DNA of 63,196 bases, counting the filler, from Octopus bimaculoides (lineage: Eukaryota): NCBI RefSeq assembly GCF_001194135.2. It is 6 parts of 5 records of this genome, joined end to end, with 100 filler letters (N's around TTAATTAATTAA, not from the genome) between each part and the next. Parts side by side here need not be neighbours in the genome. Positions count along the whole stretch, not along the records: positions 39,402 to 56,324 come from NC_068991.1; 5 more parts are not named here. One strand, written 5' to 3'. Shown here piece after piece: positions 41,892 to 54,926 of this stretch (its first letter is position 1; each line of letters opens with the position of its first letter). The notes under the pieces were generated by a model that was given only the letters and a program-made list of their open reading frames with translations, ran no database searches and had not been told where the DNA came from. The translations under genes were made by a program, and so were the position numbers.

Positions 41892-42324
41892 NNNNNNNNN
41901 NNNNNNNNNNNNNNNNNNNNNNNNNNNNNNNNNNNNNNNNNNNNNNNNNNNNNNNNNNNNNNNNNNNNNNNNNNNNNNNNNNNNNNNNNNNNNNNNNNNN
42001 NNNNNNNNNNNNNNNNNNNNNNNNNNNNNNNNNNNNNNNNNNNNNNNNNNNNNNNNNNNNNNNNNNNNNNNNNNNNNNNNNNNNNNNNNNNNNNNNNNNN
42101 NNNNNNNNNNNNNNNNNNNNNNNNNNNNNNNNNNNNNNNNNNNNNNNNNNNNNNNNNNNNNNNNNNNNNNNNNNNNNNNNNNNNNNNNNNNNNNNNNNNN
42201 NNNNNNNNNNNNNNNNNNNNNNNNNNNNNNNNNNNNNNNNNNNNNNNNNNNNNNNNNNNNNNNNNNNNNNNNNNNNNNNNNNNNNNNNNNNNNNNNNNNN
42301 NNNNNNNNNNNNNNNNNNNNNNNT

Positions 42325-42640
42325 TCGATTCCTAGACCGGGCGTTGTGAGTGTTTATTGAGCGAAAACACCTAAAGCTCCACGAGGCTCCGGCAGGGGAT
42401 GGTGGCGAACCCTGCTGTACTCTTTCACCACAACTTTCTCTCACTCTTACTTCCTGTTTCTGTTGTGCCTGTAATTCAAAGGGTCAGCCTTGTCACACTG
42501 TGTCACGCTGAATATCCCCGAGAACTACGTTAAGGGTACACGTGTCTGTGGAGTGCTCAGCCACTTGCACGTTAATTTCACGAGCAGGTTGTTCCGTTAA
42601 TCGGATCAACTGGAACCCTTGTCGTCGTAACCGACGGAGT
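42325..42640 (+). mobile_element. SINE with family C head and alternative tail (C2)
   Basis: Matches C1 through CTTCCTGTTTCT, then diverges into ...GTCTGTGGAGTGCTCAGCCACTTGCACG...CGACGGAGTGCCA. Confidence 0.82.
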
Positions 42641-43086
42641 GCCAACCAAATCTGTGTGGACACAAGGTCTGTGTATGCATGTGTGTGAGGATGTGGGTCT
42701 TTTGGCAGGTGAGGGAGACATATTTCAATATTATTAGTCCTTTTAACCGGTCCGTCTGCCCAACGCCCCAATAAATAAATAAATAAATAAAGTAAAAAAA
42801 AATTAAATAAAAAAATAGGGCAGTGAGCTGACAGATTCGTTAGCACACCGAGCAAAATGCTTAGCAGGATTTCGTCTATCTTTACGTTCCGAGTTCAAAT
42901 TCCACCGAGGTCAGCTTTGTCATTCATCCCTTTGGGGTTGATAAAATAAGTACCAGTTGCGTACTGTAGTCGATGTGACTGACTTATACCCCACCTTAAA
43001 ATTGCTGGCCTTGTGCTAATATTTGAAACCAATGTTATTAGTCCTCGTCAGCGAAGTATAGATTTCACCGTACTAAGTGATAAGAG

Positions 43087-43404
43087 GTGGAGGCGCAATG
43101 GCCCAGTGGTTAGGGCAGCGGACTCGCGGTCGGAGGATCGCGGTTTCGATTCCCAGATGGGGCGTCGTGTGTGTTTATTGAGTGAAAACACCTAAAAGCT
43201 CCACGAGGCTCCGGCAGTGGGGGTGGGGCGACCCCTGTTGTACTCTTTCGCCCCAACTTTCTCTCACTCTTTCTTCCTGTTTCTTGAGTAACGCTGCGAT
43301 GGAATGGCGTCCCGTCCAGCTGGGGGGAACACATACGCCATAGAAACCGGGAAACCGGGCCCATGAGACTGGCTAGGCTTTAAAAGGGAGCATAAAAAAA
43401 ATAA
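43087..43404 (+). mobile_element. SINE family C (tail C1), full length with TSD
   Basis: A box TGGCCCAGTGG, B box GGTTTCGATTCC, A-rich end; 12-bp TSD AAGTGATAAGAG at 43075-43086 and 43405-43416. Confidence 0.92.
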
Positions 43405-43909
43405 AAGTGATAAGAGAATTAGTAAAAGGATATTGTACGTGAGGAAGTTGTGGAAATACTAGCTTGTTCTAAGAAACAATACACTGAAATTAGTTTGCTC
43501 AGAGACATCAGCAGGAGGCAAAACAGGCCGTATTTGCCAGCACATGAGACGTACTCACAAATAGGACTTACTTCAATTTTACAAGTATATTACGGTGAAA
43601 GTGTGCGGCTTAGTGGTCAAGGTATTTGGCTTACAATTGTGAGTTCGATTCCTGGCAGGGCCGACCCTAGGGTTGCTGGTGCCACGGCTACGAAATTTTT
43701 TTTCCTACGAGAGTTCCGGACCCCAGTAATGAACTCATTAGCATACAGCCAATCAGAACAGAGCCACCTTTATCCTTTCTTCCTTTCTAGTCAGCACTGT
43801 ACATTCCTTACTCTTTCCCTCTCAACTAGCAGACAGCAACCTTTTTGTCACTATCGAATAAAAATTTCGCTATCTCTACAAGTACTACTGTCTTTAATTA
43901 CCTGGCGGG

Positions 43910-44085
43910 CAAACGAATGTGCAAGTGGCTGAGTACTCCACAGACACATGTACCCTTAACGTAGTTCTCAGGGAAATTCAGGGATAACAGCTTGCTTGTG
44001 AAATTAATGTGCAAGTGGCTGAGTACTCCACAGACACGTGTACCCTTAACGTAGTTATGAGAGAGAGTCAGTGTGACACAAACTA
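43910..44085 (-). repeat. Two tandem fragments of the C2 SINE tail (90-bp period)
   Basis: AATGTGCAAGTGGCTGAGTACTCCACAGACAC at 43916 and 44006. Confidence 0.8.
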
Positions 44086-44149
44086 TTGTACCTAATGGAC
44101 TCATGGTCACCCAGATCCCTAGTCAATAGGGCTGGGCTTCCCATCAGTG

Positions 44150-44370
44150 ATAATGGTTCAGGTTTTGGCACAAGGCCTGCAATTTCGGGGGAAAGGCATA
44201 AGTCGATTATATCGATCCACCAGTGTTCAACTGGTGCATATTTATCAACCCCAAAAGGATAAAAGGTAAAGTCAACCTCGGCGGTATTTGAACTCAGAAC
44301 GTGGAGACAGACGAAATGGCGCTTAGCATTTTGCTCAGCGTGCTAACGATTCTGCCAGCTCACCGCTTTA
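44150..44370 (-). mobile_element. Family A SINE, tail A2
   Basis: A-type head and central domain; tail equivalent to CCCCAAATTTCAGGCCTTGTG. Confidence 0.75.
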
Positions 44371-44678
44371 TTCCCATCTGTAATAATACGGCCATATTTG
44401 ATGCAGGGCAAATTTTTTGCTGTATCTAAAAATAAAAGAAAGTGTATCTTATACTTCGATAAATATGTTAATTCAATTAATGTAGTAATATAGTAATATA
44501 TTTAATTCGTTCTGTCATATTCTTTTGGCTTATGTTAAGCATTGATCCATTAGATTGGCACCTTTTCAAAATAATTAAGAATTACGTTAAAATATCAAAT
44601 ATAAAGTTTTCTATAAATTGTTGCATATAATTTTAAACAAATCAAAATTTATAAACTCATAAAAGTACTCATATGTAA

Positions 44679-44717
<39 letters not shown>

Positions 44718-45019
44718 TAAGAGACTGAAAAAGAGAGAGAGAGAGAGTACGAGAGAGTCAAACACATGCTCACACAGACTCAGACACACACTACGACACA
44801 CACTTACACACTCAAAGATACACACTTACACATTCAAGCACATACTTACACACACACTCACTCAGGACTGATGTCATGTACTAATACCGAAACATTGCCA
44901 ATCATTATAAAAATGGATTAAGGCAGCGAGCTGCCAGAATGCTTAGCAGCATTATTTCCGGCTTATTATTTTGAGTTCAAATACTGCCTTTGTCAATAAG
45001 ATTTAATTTCACGATACAT

Positions 45020-45480
45020 AGGCGTAGGAGTGGCTGTGTGGTAAAGTAGCTTGCTTACCAACCACATGGTTCCGGGTTCAGTCCCACTGCGTGGCACCTT
45101 GGGCAAGTGTCTTCTACTATAGCCTCGAGCCGACCAAAGCCTTGTGAGTGGATTTGGTAGACGGAAACTGAAAGAAGCCCGTCGTATATATGTATGTATA
45201 TGTATGTGTGTATATATATATGTATGTGTGTATGTGTTTGTCCCCCCCCCCTACATCGNNNNNNNNNNNNNNNNNNNNNNNNNNNNNNNNNNNNNNNNNN
45301 NNNNNNNNNNNNNNNNNNNNNNNNNNNNNNNNNNNNNNNNNNNNNNNNNNNNNNNNNNNNNNNNNNNNNNNNNNNNNNNNNNNNNNNNNNNNNNNNNNNN
45401 NNNNNNNNNNNNNNNNNNNNNNNNNNNNNNNNNNNNNTGGCCACAGTCAAATGACTGAAACAAGTAAAAGAGTAAAGAGA
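45020..45480 (+). mobile_element. SINE family B, gapped
   Basis: ATAGGCGTAGGAGTGGCTGTGTGG head; tail end AAACAAGTAAAAGAG. Confidence 0.88.
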
Positions 45481-45820
45481 GTATACATCTTGCAAAATAA
45501 GTACTAATCGATCACTGAGATCGTTGTAATCGATTAGCTTCCCCCCTCCCCCCACCTCCCTCCAAAATTTCGAACCTTGTACCTATAATTCAAAGACTTA
45601 TAGAGATAAACCAAGGCAGCGATCAGGCAGGATTGTTAGATAGTCGGAAAAATTGTTTTGCAGTATTTCTTCTGGCTCTTTACGTTCTGAGTTCAAATTC
45701 TACCGAGGTCAGCTTTGTCTGTCATTCCTCCTAGATCGATATTCTAAGTCAGGATCTTGAGCCCCACCACCATTTCCATTTTATCGACATCCTCGTACTT
45801 GTTCCTAAATTAAAAACCAT

Positions 45821-46220
45821 TGTAGTGGCGCGAAATTATGACCGCCACTAAGGAAGTACAATCTACGCATGCGCAAGGGACTTGCCTTCCGGAAGCCCCT
45901 CGAGTGCGCATGCGTAGTAAAAACCAGTACTTAAAGCGCTTCGCGCGCTTTCTAACCCTCTCTTTAGCGCGATGCCTTCGACGGGACAACAACTTGCCCC
46001 TCTGAGATGCTTCAACGAAGCTTTTAACCTTCCGATGCTGATTACAAGTTAACCAGCGACTACTAGGCTGAATAACACAGGATTTGTAAAACCAAGCATC
46101 ACCAAAAATAAAACTTACTTTTATTATGTTGTTAATTGTTCTACTGTTTCTTAATATATAACTTTGTTGAAAGGTGATAGAGAGAGACTAATGTCTCTAT
46201 TGCAACTATCAACTTTTACA
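45821..46220 (+). mobile_element. Probable solo LTR, 400 bp
   Basis: TGTA...TACA termini; CCAT at 45817-45820 and 46221-46224 as a 4-bp TSD; CpG-rich U3-like start, TATA-like TACTTAAA and AATAAA at 46107-46112. Confidence 0.65.
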
Positions 46221-46955
46221 CCATCATACAAATAAATGAGCTACCGTTCATACGTTCGTATTATATTTTCATTGACGTTTAAAGATCGAATGCTTCCGAA
46301 GTTTTCCAGTTGCTAATACTCACAGTTTGTGATCAAAACCGAAAAACATAACGCTATTTCTTCGTAAAAAAAAAAAGGGTAGCTTAAGTTTATGAGAAGG
46401 CTGACGTGATAAATAAAACGATACCTGTATCCATGGTAACATATAAGAAATGGCTGTTACGTAAGGTAAATGTTGGTATTGAATCAATAAGAATCTAAAA
46501 CGAAGTAAGACAAGTCATTATTAATGAATGTTATGTAACTGTTTTTAACTTGGACAGACTGGCTGTTTACAATGTTGGGATAAGTTCCAATTATGAAATA
46601 CACGCAGTATCTTCCAATAACAAACAACACAGGAAGATCTTACTGAAGGCGATTACATAGTCACAGTACCTGCTAGAAATAGCAGCTACTTTCTCTCAAC
46701 TAAAATTCTTTCTAGAACATCTTTTATCATTTACTTGTTTCAGGCATTAGACTGTTGCCATGCTGGGACACCAACTTGAAGAATGTTAATCGAACGAATT
46801 GACCCCAGTGCTTATATTTTCAAGCCCTGTATTTATTCTATCGTTTTTCGTTTTTTTTTATGTCGAACCGCTAAGTTATGGAGACATAAATACCAGTTGT
46901 CAAGTGGTGGTGAATTATACACACACACACAAACACACACACACACACACACACA

Positions 46956-48175
46956 TTGGGTCATCCTATGAATAATGCGGGTTTTTTTATACTTCTTTTA
47001 TCTTTCAAAATTAAGATAAACTAAGTTTTTTTTAAATCTAAAATACACTCTCCTTCATTTTCTACAATGCTCTTCCATCTATCTGGTTGACTTACAAGTC
47101 CCCTCTTCCAAAATCCACTTGTCCGTGACGAAAAATACTCCTCCAGTACTATTCTGACCTCGTCTACAGAATTCATATTTTTTCCGCCCAAATGATTTTG
47201 AAGACTGCAGAATAAATGATAATCAGATGGGGAAATGTCCGGTGAATATGGCAGGAGAGGCATCGTTTCCCATTCAAATTGCTCCAGCCTTTGGAATGTC
47301 ATCCTCATTGTATGTGGTTGAGCATTATCTTGATGGAAGAACACCTTTCGTCTTGAAATCAAAGATGGTCGTTTTCCTGCTAGCACTGATTTAAGCCATT
47401 CAAGCTGCTCGCAGAAGATCTTTGTTATCGTTTGGTTTGGGTTAAAAAGTTCAAAGTAGGCTAAACCTTTCATATCCCATCAAACAGATTACACCTTATG
47501 TGGGTGAAGACCTTCTTTAGTCTGGGGTACCGGTGTTTCTCCTTTCCCTACCCACTGTCTTCGGCGCTGGACATTTTCATAGACAACCCATTTCTCATCA
47601 CCAGTCACTATTTGGTTAAAAAAAAGGTTCATTCGTGAGATGTGGCAGCAAAGAAGAGCACAAATTCACTCTCTGCTCGCGATTAGACTCGGAAAGTTTG
47701 TGAGGAACCCATTGACCCAATTTTCTGACTTTTCCGATGGCACACAGGTGTCGATGAATGGTTGAATAACCAAATCCGAGCTTCTCTGCTAGTTCTTCAA
47801 CAGTTACGATGGGATTTTGTTCGACCAGGGTTTGCAGGCCGTCCTCGTCGAGTTCTACAGATCTTTCAGGACGAGGCTCGTCTTCTAGGCTGTAATTTCC
47901 GGCTCGGAATTTCTGGACCTACCGTTGACACTGGTTTACTCTTATTGTCTGATCCCCATATTACTGCATTAATATTCCTCGAACTTTCCTTTGCATTGTT
48001 GCCTTTATTGAGCTCATAAAGCAAAATATGCTGAATATGTTCCTTTGTCACTTCCATTATTGCTTTGAAAAAAAAAATAACTGTTATATCGAACTGCACT
48101 CTTCAAAACTTGCACTAAGAATAAATAGAAGGTAAAATTGAAAATTAATACCTGCTTTTATAGCAAGTTGATGCA
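46956..48175 (-). mobile_element. Nearly full-length degenerate mariner (DD34D) transposon
   Basis: MEVTKEHIQHILLYE N-terminus, GQWVPHKL, IVTGDEKW, GLHPHKV, HQDNAQPH and YSPDISPSDYHLF in order with frameshifts; one TIR-like end TTGGGTCATCCTATGAATAATGCG; the other TIR was not found. Confidence 0.93.
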
Positions 48176-48232
48176 GGTAGTTTATATATATATATATATA
48201 TACGCACACACGACAAATGTCTTTCGGTTTCC

Positions 48233-48463
48233 TATTTCTTTATTGCCCACAAGGGGCTAAACATAGAGGGGGCAAACAAGGACAGACAAACGGATTAAGT
48301 CGATTACATCGACCCCAGTGCGTAACTGGTACTTAATTTATCGACCCCGAAAGGATGAAAGGCAAAGTCGACCTCGGCGGAATTTGAACTCAGACCGTAA
48401 CGGCAGACGAAATACCGCTAACCATTTCGACCGGCGTGCTAACGTTTCTGCCAGCTCACCGCC
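48233..48463 (-). mobile_element. SINE family A (A1) nested in a family B SINE (about 48200-48610)
   Basis: CTTTCGGTT on both sides (48221-48229 and 48463-48471); the B body resumes after the insert. Confidence 0.9.
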
Positions 48464-50059
48464 TTTCGGTTACTGTCTACCAAATCCACTCACAAGGCTT
48501 TGGTCAGCCTGAGGCTATAAGTAGAAATCACCCGTCCAAGGTGCCATGCAATAGGACTGAACCCAGAGCCATGAAGTTTGGAATCCAATTGCTTACCATA
48601 CAGCCACGCTTGAGCCTATTGGCACAATATGTGATTTGTTTCTAAGAGGTGAGGACTAGTCGATTACATTTTATCTAAATGCTGCCGTTGTTGACTTAGC
48701 CTTTAACCCCTTCAGTGGGAGAGATGAAATAACAGTTTTGCTTTGATGGCAACGTGATTCTCATCAAGATAATAACGGGATTTTGTATTACACTTTACTT
48801 ATGTGAGGGTTTATATTCTCTGAAATATTTATTTATTCTTTTAAATACTTATTGTCTCGAGACTCGATAATAATTATCTTCCACAAAATCTTCTTAAATT
48901 ACTCGTTATCTTCGTAATTCACCTTCCCCATTTTGTTTTCTTCCCCGAGGAATGTGAAGACTGAGGCTGGAAAGCGGAGCATTTTCCAATCGAAGTCGAA
49001 TGTAGAGGATTCGTTGNNNNNNNNNNNNNNNNNNNNNNNNNNNNNNNNNNNNNNNNNNNNNNNNNNNNNNNNNNNNNNNNNNNNNNNNNNNNNNNNNNNN
49101 NNNNNNNNNNNNNNNNNNNNNNNNNNNNNNNNNNNNNNNNNNNNNNNNNNNNNNNNNNNNNNNNNNNNNNNNNNNNNNNNNNNNNNNNNNNNNNNNNNNN
49201 NNNNNNNNNNNNNNNNNNNNNNNNNNNNNNNNNNNNNNNNNNNNNNNNNNNNNNNNNNNNNNNNNNNNNNNNNNNNNNNNNNNNNNNNNNNNNNNNNNNN
49301 NNNNNNNNNNNNNNNNNNNNNNNNNNNNNNNNNNNNNNNNNNNNNNNNNNNNNNNNNNNNNNNNNNNNNNNNNNNNNNNNNNNNNNNNNNNNNNNNNNAA
49401 AAAAAAAAAAAAAAAAAAGAAACACTAAATCGTTACCATGGAGATAAGTCGTTTATTACTTTTGTGAATATAACTTACAAAGCACATACAGCGTATCTGT
49501 GAATACCTTGTTATTACCTAACATAAAGAGATTTGTGATTCTGGATAAACATTTGTTTTTCGCTATTTATAAACATTTTTTTCTCCTCTCAATATAAACA
49601 TTAGCAAACTCATTTACTATGCTGCACCGAGAAAACATTTATAAAATTAATTTGCTTCTTGCAAGCGGCTGTATTAATTCGTGTAGTAATAACTAATCAA
49701 CGAATTTTTTCAATCCTCTTAAATATATAATATGAAATGTTGTTTAACTTCAATCCCTAGTTATTTCGAAAACATGCTAATCTACATCATAAAACTTGTA
49801 ATCATGTACCTAACCCCAACTCGCTAAAATTCCTGGTCCTTTGCCAAAATTTGAAACCATTATATGTATTTAATTGCGTAAATAAATCCACATTAAATAC
49901 AAGTCCAAAACGAAGAAAAACACAAACATGAGTGAAGAAAGAAAGAGAAAAAAGAAAAGAAAAGAAGACGGAAAAGAGGAAGAAAGAAGAAAAAAAAAAC
50001 TCAATTCAATTTTAAGTGCATCAATCGGTCGCACCATTATTATTACTATTATTTTAATA

Positions 50060-50275
50060 GAGCTTATGGTGGTGAGCTGGCAGAATCGTTAGCACGCTGC
50101 GTACAATCCCGAGCAGCATTTCGTCCGTCTGAGTTCAAATCTCACTGAAGTCGACTTTGCCTTTTATCTTTTCGGGGTGGATAAAATAAGTACCAGTTGA
50201 ACACTGGAGTCGATATTATCAACTCACCTACCCCCTTCAAATTACTGCCCTTGTGGCAAAATTTGGAACCATTAT
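50060..50275 (+). mobile_element. Family A SINE, tail A2, degraded
   Basis: GGTGGTGAGCTGGCAGAATCGTTAG head and CTTTTCGGGGTGGATAAA domain. Confidence 0.78.
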
Positions 50276-50743
50276 TTTAATACCATTTATTGTGATATTA
50301 TTGTGATAATAGTATATACGATTATCAGGTCTGTAGGTTGACATGAATTAATTACTGTGTTGAGTAGTAATTAATTTTTGTTTATTACTTACTAAATTCA
50401 AATCCTTCCAGTCAGTTTCAACATTGCATTTCATCCCACTGTTGGCCTGCAAGAAATATTTACTGTATTCAGTTCAATAGACAGCAATAGGATCTTTCAC
50501 TTAGTATTTACGATTATTCAGTGATATTGACACTTATCATTTCAAAAACCAGATGTGCAGTAAGAGGGAGAAAGTCACTCTTGAGCGCAAGTGTGATGAG
50601 GTGCAAATATTTTTCTTATCTTATATTTGTTAATTAAGTGAGAGCACTGTCTAGGTTAGCATGCTGTTTATCGTAGTAAAACAGTGAAAGTAAATTGTCC
50701 TAAGAAAATGAAAGTACGAGAACGTACATATATTTCTTATAAC

Positions 50744-50868
50744 ATGAAAGCTGTTCGGTCCGGGCTGAGGACTCGCGATGCCTCAGTAGACCGGGCCAAA
50801 GATGCTGCCGACTTTCGTGCACGGAGGCACCCGACCTGTTGAGTGCATCCATCCGCCCCCGGCGGATC
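50744..50868. ncRNA. Unassigned GC-rich multi-hairpin island (candidate structured RNA or element fragment)
   Basis: Three hairpins in 125 nt within AT-rich flanks; not recognised as a known family. Confidence 0.25.
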
Positions 50869-52208
50869 ATAAAATATTATATATATAAGATGAAAACAAT
50901 CATATTTACTGGAAAACACAAGTCATTGATGTACAAAATGCAATTCGTGAATCGTTTTTCACGATCTCTAAATTTGTTTCGCTGCACATGTTCAACATAT
51001 GAATTAAATAAATAATCACTCGTCCGTCATTGACGCCTAAATTTCGTCTTAGCGAGCATCTTTCTATCGCAATTTCCGGTTTCTATCGCAATTGACTTTC
51101 ATTTTGTTTTAGGACGTTTTCCTTTCATTTTTTGCAATGACAAACTGCATATTAACCCACCGTGTTTATCTACTGATAAGTGTGTTTGCCATTTGTAATT
51201 ATGATACAGCCTTTAGAGGCAGAGATAAACTTAATAGGTTAAGAATTTATGTTGTATGGTATTGGATATACCTCTGTTTGTTTATCCTCTTAGATATGTT
51301 TCTCCATATCCCACGCACAATCAAAACTCTTAAGTTCTTCATTCATAACTACGTCGCAGTTGTTCGGTCAAGCAAAAAACAGCACATACGGAAAAGCTTA
51401 AAATAAACAGCTTTTACCAATATCCGCCACTCCCTTCCTACAAAAGGCCATTATAATCTGCACCTCAAAGCAATATCATAGTTGTGGGGAGTAAGCTTGG
51501 GGTTCACTCCTGCCGTCGCTTTTATGGGGACAGTACTTTTGGCTCTGCGGTGTAAGCCTGATGTCCGACGGAGGGGATGGAAGGAGATTGGCAAACTCAA
51601 AGGCTACCTCAGACGACAAAAAAATCTAGCCATACAATTCTTCCTGTTACTGCACAACCAGCGACCCTCCTGCCTTCCTAACTGCAACCCGATTTTTACG
51701 GCGACTTTGTCAAAGGGATCCCTAGAAACTTCTCGACAACCACCCTCGCCCATCGCTTCACTTCTCATTTCTAAGTAGAACTTCTTTGAAGAAAACCTTC
51801 ACTTTTGCGATCAACCCCACACTACACACACTAATTAAATACCTTCCAAATTTATTCTTTTCCACTTCATTGGTCACGTGCGGAATTAACTTCAGTCGCT
51901 TCAAACAAACAAAGCCACCGGCCGTCGCAATGTCCCTGCCACTACCCTCATAGAACGCTCTCCTTCCACAAAACTAGTTCTTATTCTCACCAAACTCTTC
52001 AATCTCTCTCTCTCTCGTCTCTCTTTCTCTCTTCTCTCGTCTCTCTTTCTCTCTTCTCTCGTCTCTCTTTCTCTCTTCTCTCTCTCTTTCTTTCTCTCAT
52101 CCGCTCTCTATCTATCTGCCTATCTGTTTCTCTGTCTCTTCTCCCTCTCTGTCTTCCTCAATCTATCTGCTTCTATCTCCACCTGTCCCTCGCTATCTCT
52201 CTCCGTCC

Positions 52209-52270
<62 letters not shown>

Positions 52271-53364
52271 TTCTCTTTCCCTCTCGTCCTCCTTCTCTCC
52301 CCTCTCTCTGTCCCAGAGATCTATTTTGCTGTCATCCCTCTTTATCTTCTCTATACCTTCTTTGTAGAGGCTTCTGTTCTTCGGACATGTTGGTCACGTG
52401 CCATCTGAAGTATTTCTGACTCACTCATCACACATTCCCTCATCACTCATATTGTATCATTGAATTTACCTTACCCATCAGGCTTCACATAAACCTGAAT
52501 CGTTTTTTTCACTTCCCAGGACGTCAGTTTCTGAAAGTCCTTCCGTGAATCCACTTTTCTTTTCCTCTTTTTTTTTCTTTTTTCATATTTTTTCCTTCTT
52601 ATTTTTTCTTTTTTCATATTTTTTCCTTCTTTTTTTTGCAGCCCTTCATCAGCAAATTAAATCTATTTCCAATGCTCGTGAAGAAGTTCTGAGGTTCAAG
52701 GGACAGAACTCCAATATAATTAAAAGCGTATATTGAATTACTTCCCTTGTTGTGCAAAACTCAAAATTCTGTTAACAATTTCTGTTGTTCTGTATGTAAA
52801 TACATATAAAAAAATTGTGTTGTTTTTTTTTATATATATAATACAACGGGAAGAAAATACATCGAAGTTGTATGGGATGTTAAAATATATGTAAAAAGAG
52901 ATCGGTTATTTAATTCCATACGCAACTAACATTATCATGAGGCGCCATCTCTAGCACTAAGTTATAATAGGTTCATGCAGTCATTTTCGGACGTTTGTCA
53001 TTCAATTTGATAATTGGGTCAATCAAAGTCATGAAAAAAATTAGCGCCATGAAGTTAGTCATTCAAATTCGTTTTTCGATCATACAAATTCACACTTCTG
53101 TCAAAGAATTTAGCATTTACAACATTGAAATTAAAATGCTCATCGAAAACATTCAAATTAGTCGGAATGCGAGGAAGTGTTTTGTTTCGAGCATTCAAAT
53201 TCGTTTTGGAGCAATCTATTTCACACTTCGAGCAATCAAATTAGCACGGTAACTGTTTATTGATTCTATCTCATAATCATTGTTATCATAATCATGTATT
53301 TTCATCCATTGTTTATGCTCTAATTTTTCACGGGTTCAGCTAGTTTTTATTATTAATTCTCACG

Positions 53365-53575
53365 CAAAGGCGACGAATTGGCAGAAACGTTAGTACGCCG
53401 GGCGAAATGCTTAGTGGTATTTCGTCTGTCTTTACGTTCTGAGTTCAAATTTTGCCGGGGTCGACTTCGCCTTTCATCCTTTTGGGGTCGATAAATTAAG
53501 TACCAGTTGCGTACTGGGTCGATGTAATCGACTAGCCCCCTCCTCCCAAATTTCAGGCCTAGAGTAGAAAAAAAT
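53365..53575 (+). mobile_element. Family A SINE, tail A2
   Basis: Well-preserved head and central domain; tail CCCCCTCCTCCCAAATTTCAGGCCTAGAGTAGAAA. Confidence 0.85.
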
Positions 53576-54437
53576 CGTTAGAACGCCGGACAAGTTGCTT
53601 TGCGGCATTTAATTTACACAATGCTTACATACATACATACGTGTGTGTGTGTGTACGTACAGACAGACATATACACGCACGCACGTGCGCGCGCATACAC
53701 ACACTATACACGAACACGCGCCCGCGTCTGAATGAAAGCTCAAATGTTCCGAGCTGCAATAATATTAGAGTTACGCCCCTTGAAATAAGGGTTTAGCAAT
53801 TGCAGTTACCTCCCTTTCTATCAAGTCTGTTAGAAATCAAATCGATGGGGCGCTGTCTAACAACGCAGAGAGGAATTTAAAATTTAATAATTTCTCAAAT
53901 TTTCTTTTTTATAGCATATAAAAGTATTTATGGGGGAAAAAAATATTGAAAAACATTAATTCATGGGAGAGTGATAAAGAAACGAGGAGAGTTGTCTTTG
54001 GATGTGCTAGAAACAACAACCAAATCGCCCTTAAATCACTTTTCCCTCTGAAAATATATATTTTTTTTTACTGAAAATGCTCTTCCCAAGGTTTTGAAGT
54101 GCAAAAAAAAAAAATTGGCAAATATAGGTCCGGAGTGGGATGATGAGGGAGGTGGGGTGTAAAAAAAAAAAGGAGTTGACAAAACATTTTTTCATACAAC
54201 AAAGATGCTCCCCACCAATCCATCATTTCGAAGGCTGTGGTTTTAAAAAAATGGAGAAATCCTGTAAAAAAGTTTCCCCACAAATTTCTTCATCATCGTA
54301 ATTTCTGAAAGGGATTTGTATAAATTTTCATTAAAAGATATCCATCTTCCTGAAAGTTATGAGGGAAAAAAAGTTAGATCGTGTGAATTTTCTGACATTC
54401 TTCTCTCGACCCCCTCGCAAAAATTCTTTCCTATAAA

Positions 54438-54489
<52 letters not shown>

Positions 54490-54508
54490 GCTTCTGCTGC
54501 TGCTGCTG

Positions 54509-54564
<56 letters not shown>

Positions 54565-54624
54565 GTTGCAACTACTACTGTTGCTACTGCTGTTGCCGCT
54601 GTGTTTCTGCTGCTGCTGCTGCTG

Positions 54625-54684
<60 letters not shown>

Positions 54685-54689
54685 GATTT

Positions 54690-54884
54690 ATTGCATACAG
54701 GTTGAGGTATTGGCCGTGCAGTAAGGAATTTGCTTCCCAACTACATGACTTTCACTTTAGTCCCACGGCATGGCACCTCGGGCAAGAATCTTCGATTATA
54801 GCCTTGCCGACCAAACCCTTCGGATGCATATGTGCATGCATGCATATATACAGCATGCATATACACACTCATATATATGTGTAC

Positions 54885-54926
<42 letters not shown>

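Noticed and set aside
40412-42360. Long ORFs of 600+ aa (LSLFV / RERETK repeats)
   Set aside because: Stop-free translations of the pyrimidine satellite plus N gaps, open in several frames.
43087-43160. tRNA-like sequences here and at other SINE heads
   Set aside because: They have A/B boxes but no complete cloverleaf, and continue into SINE bodies.
52990-53250. Recurrent CATTCAAATT motif and 85-aa ORF
   Set aside because: Irregular low-complexity repeat without clear period or termini; the ORF has no recognisable motif.
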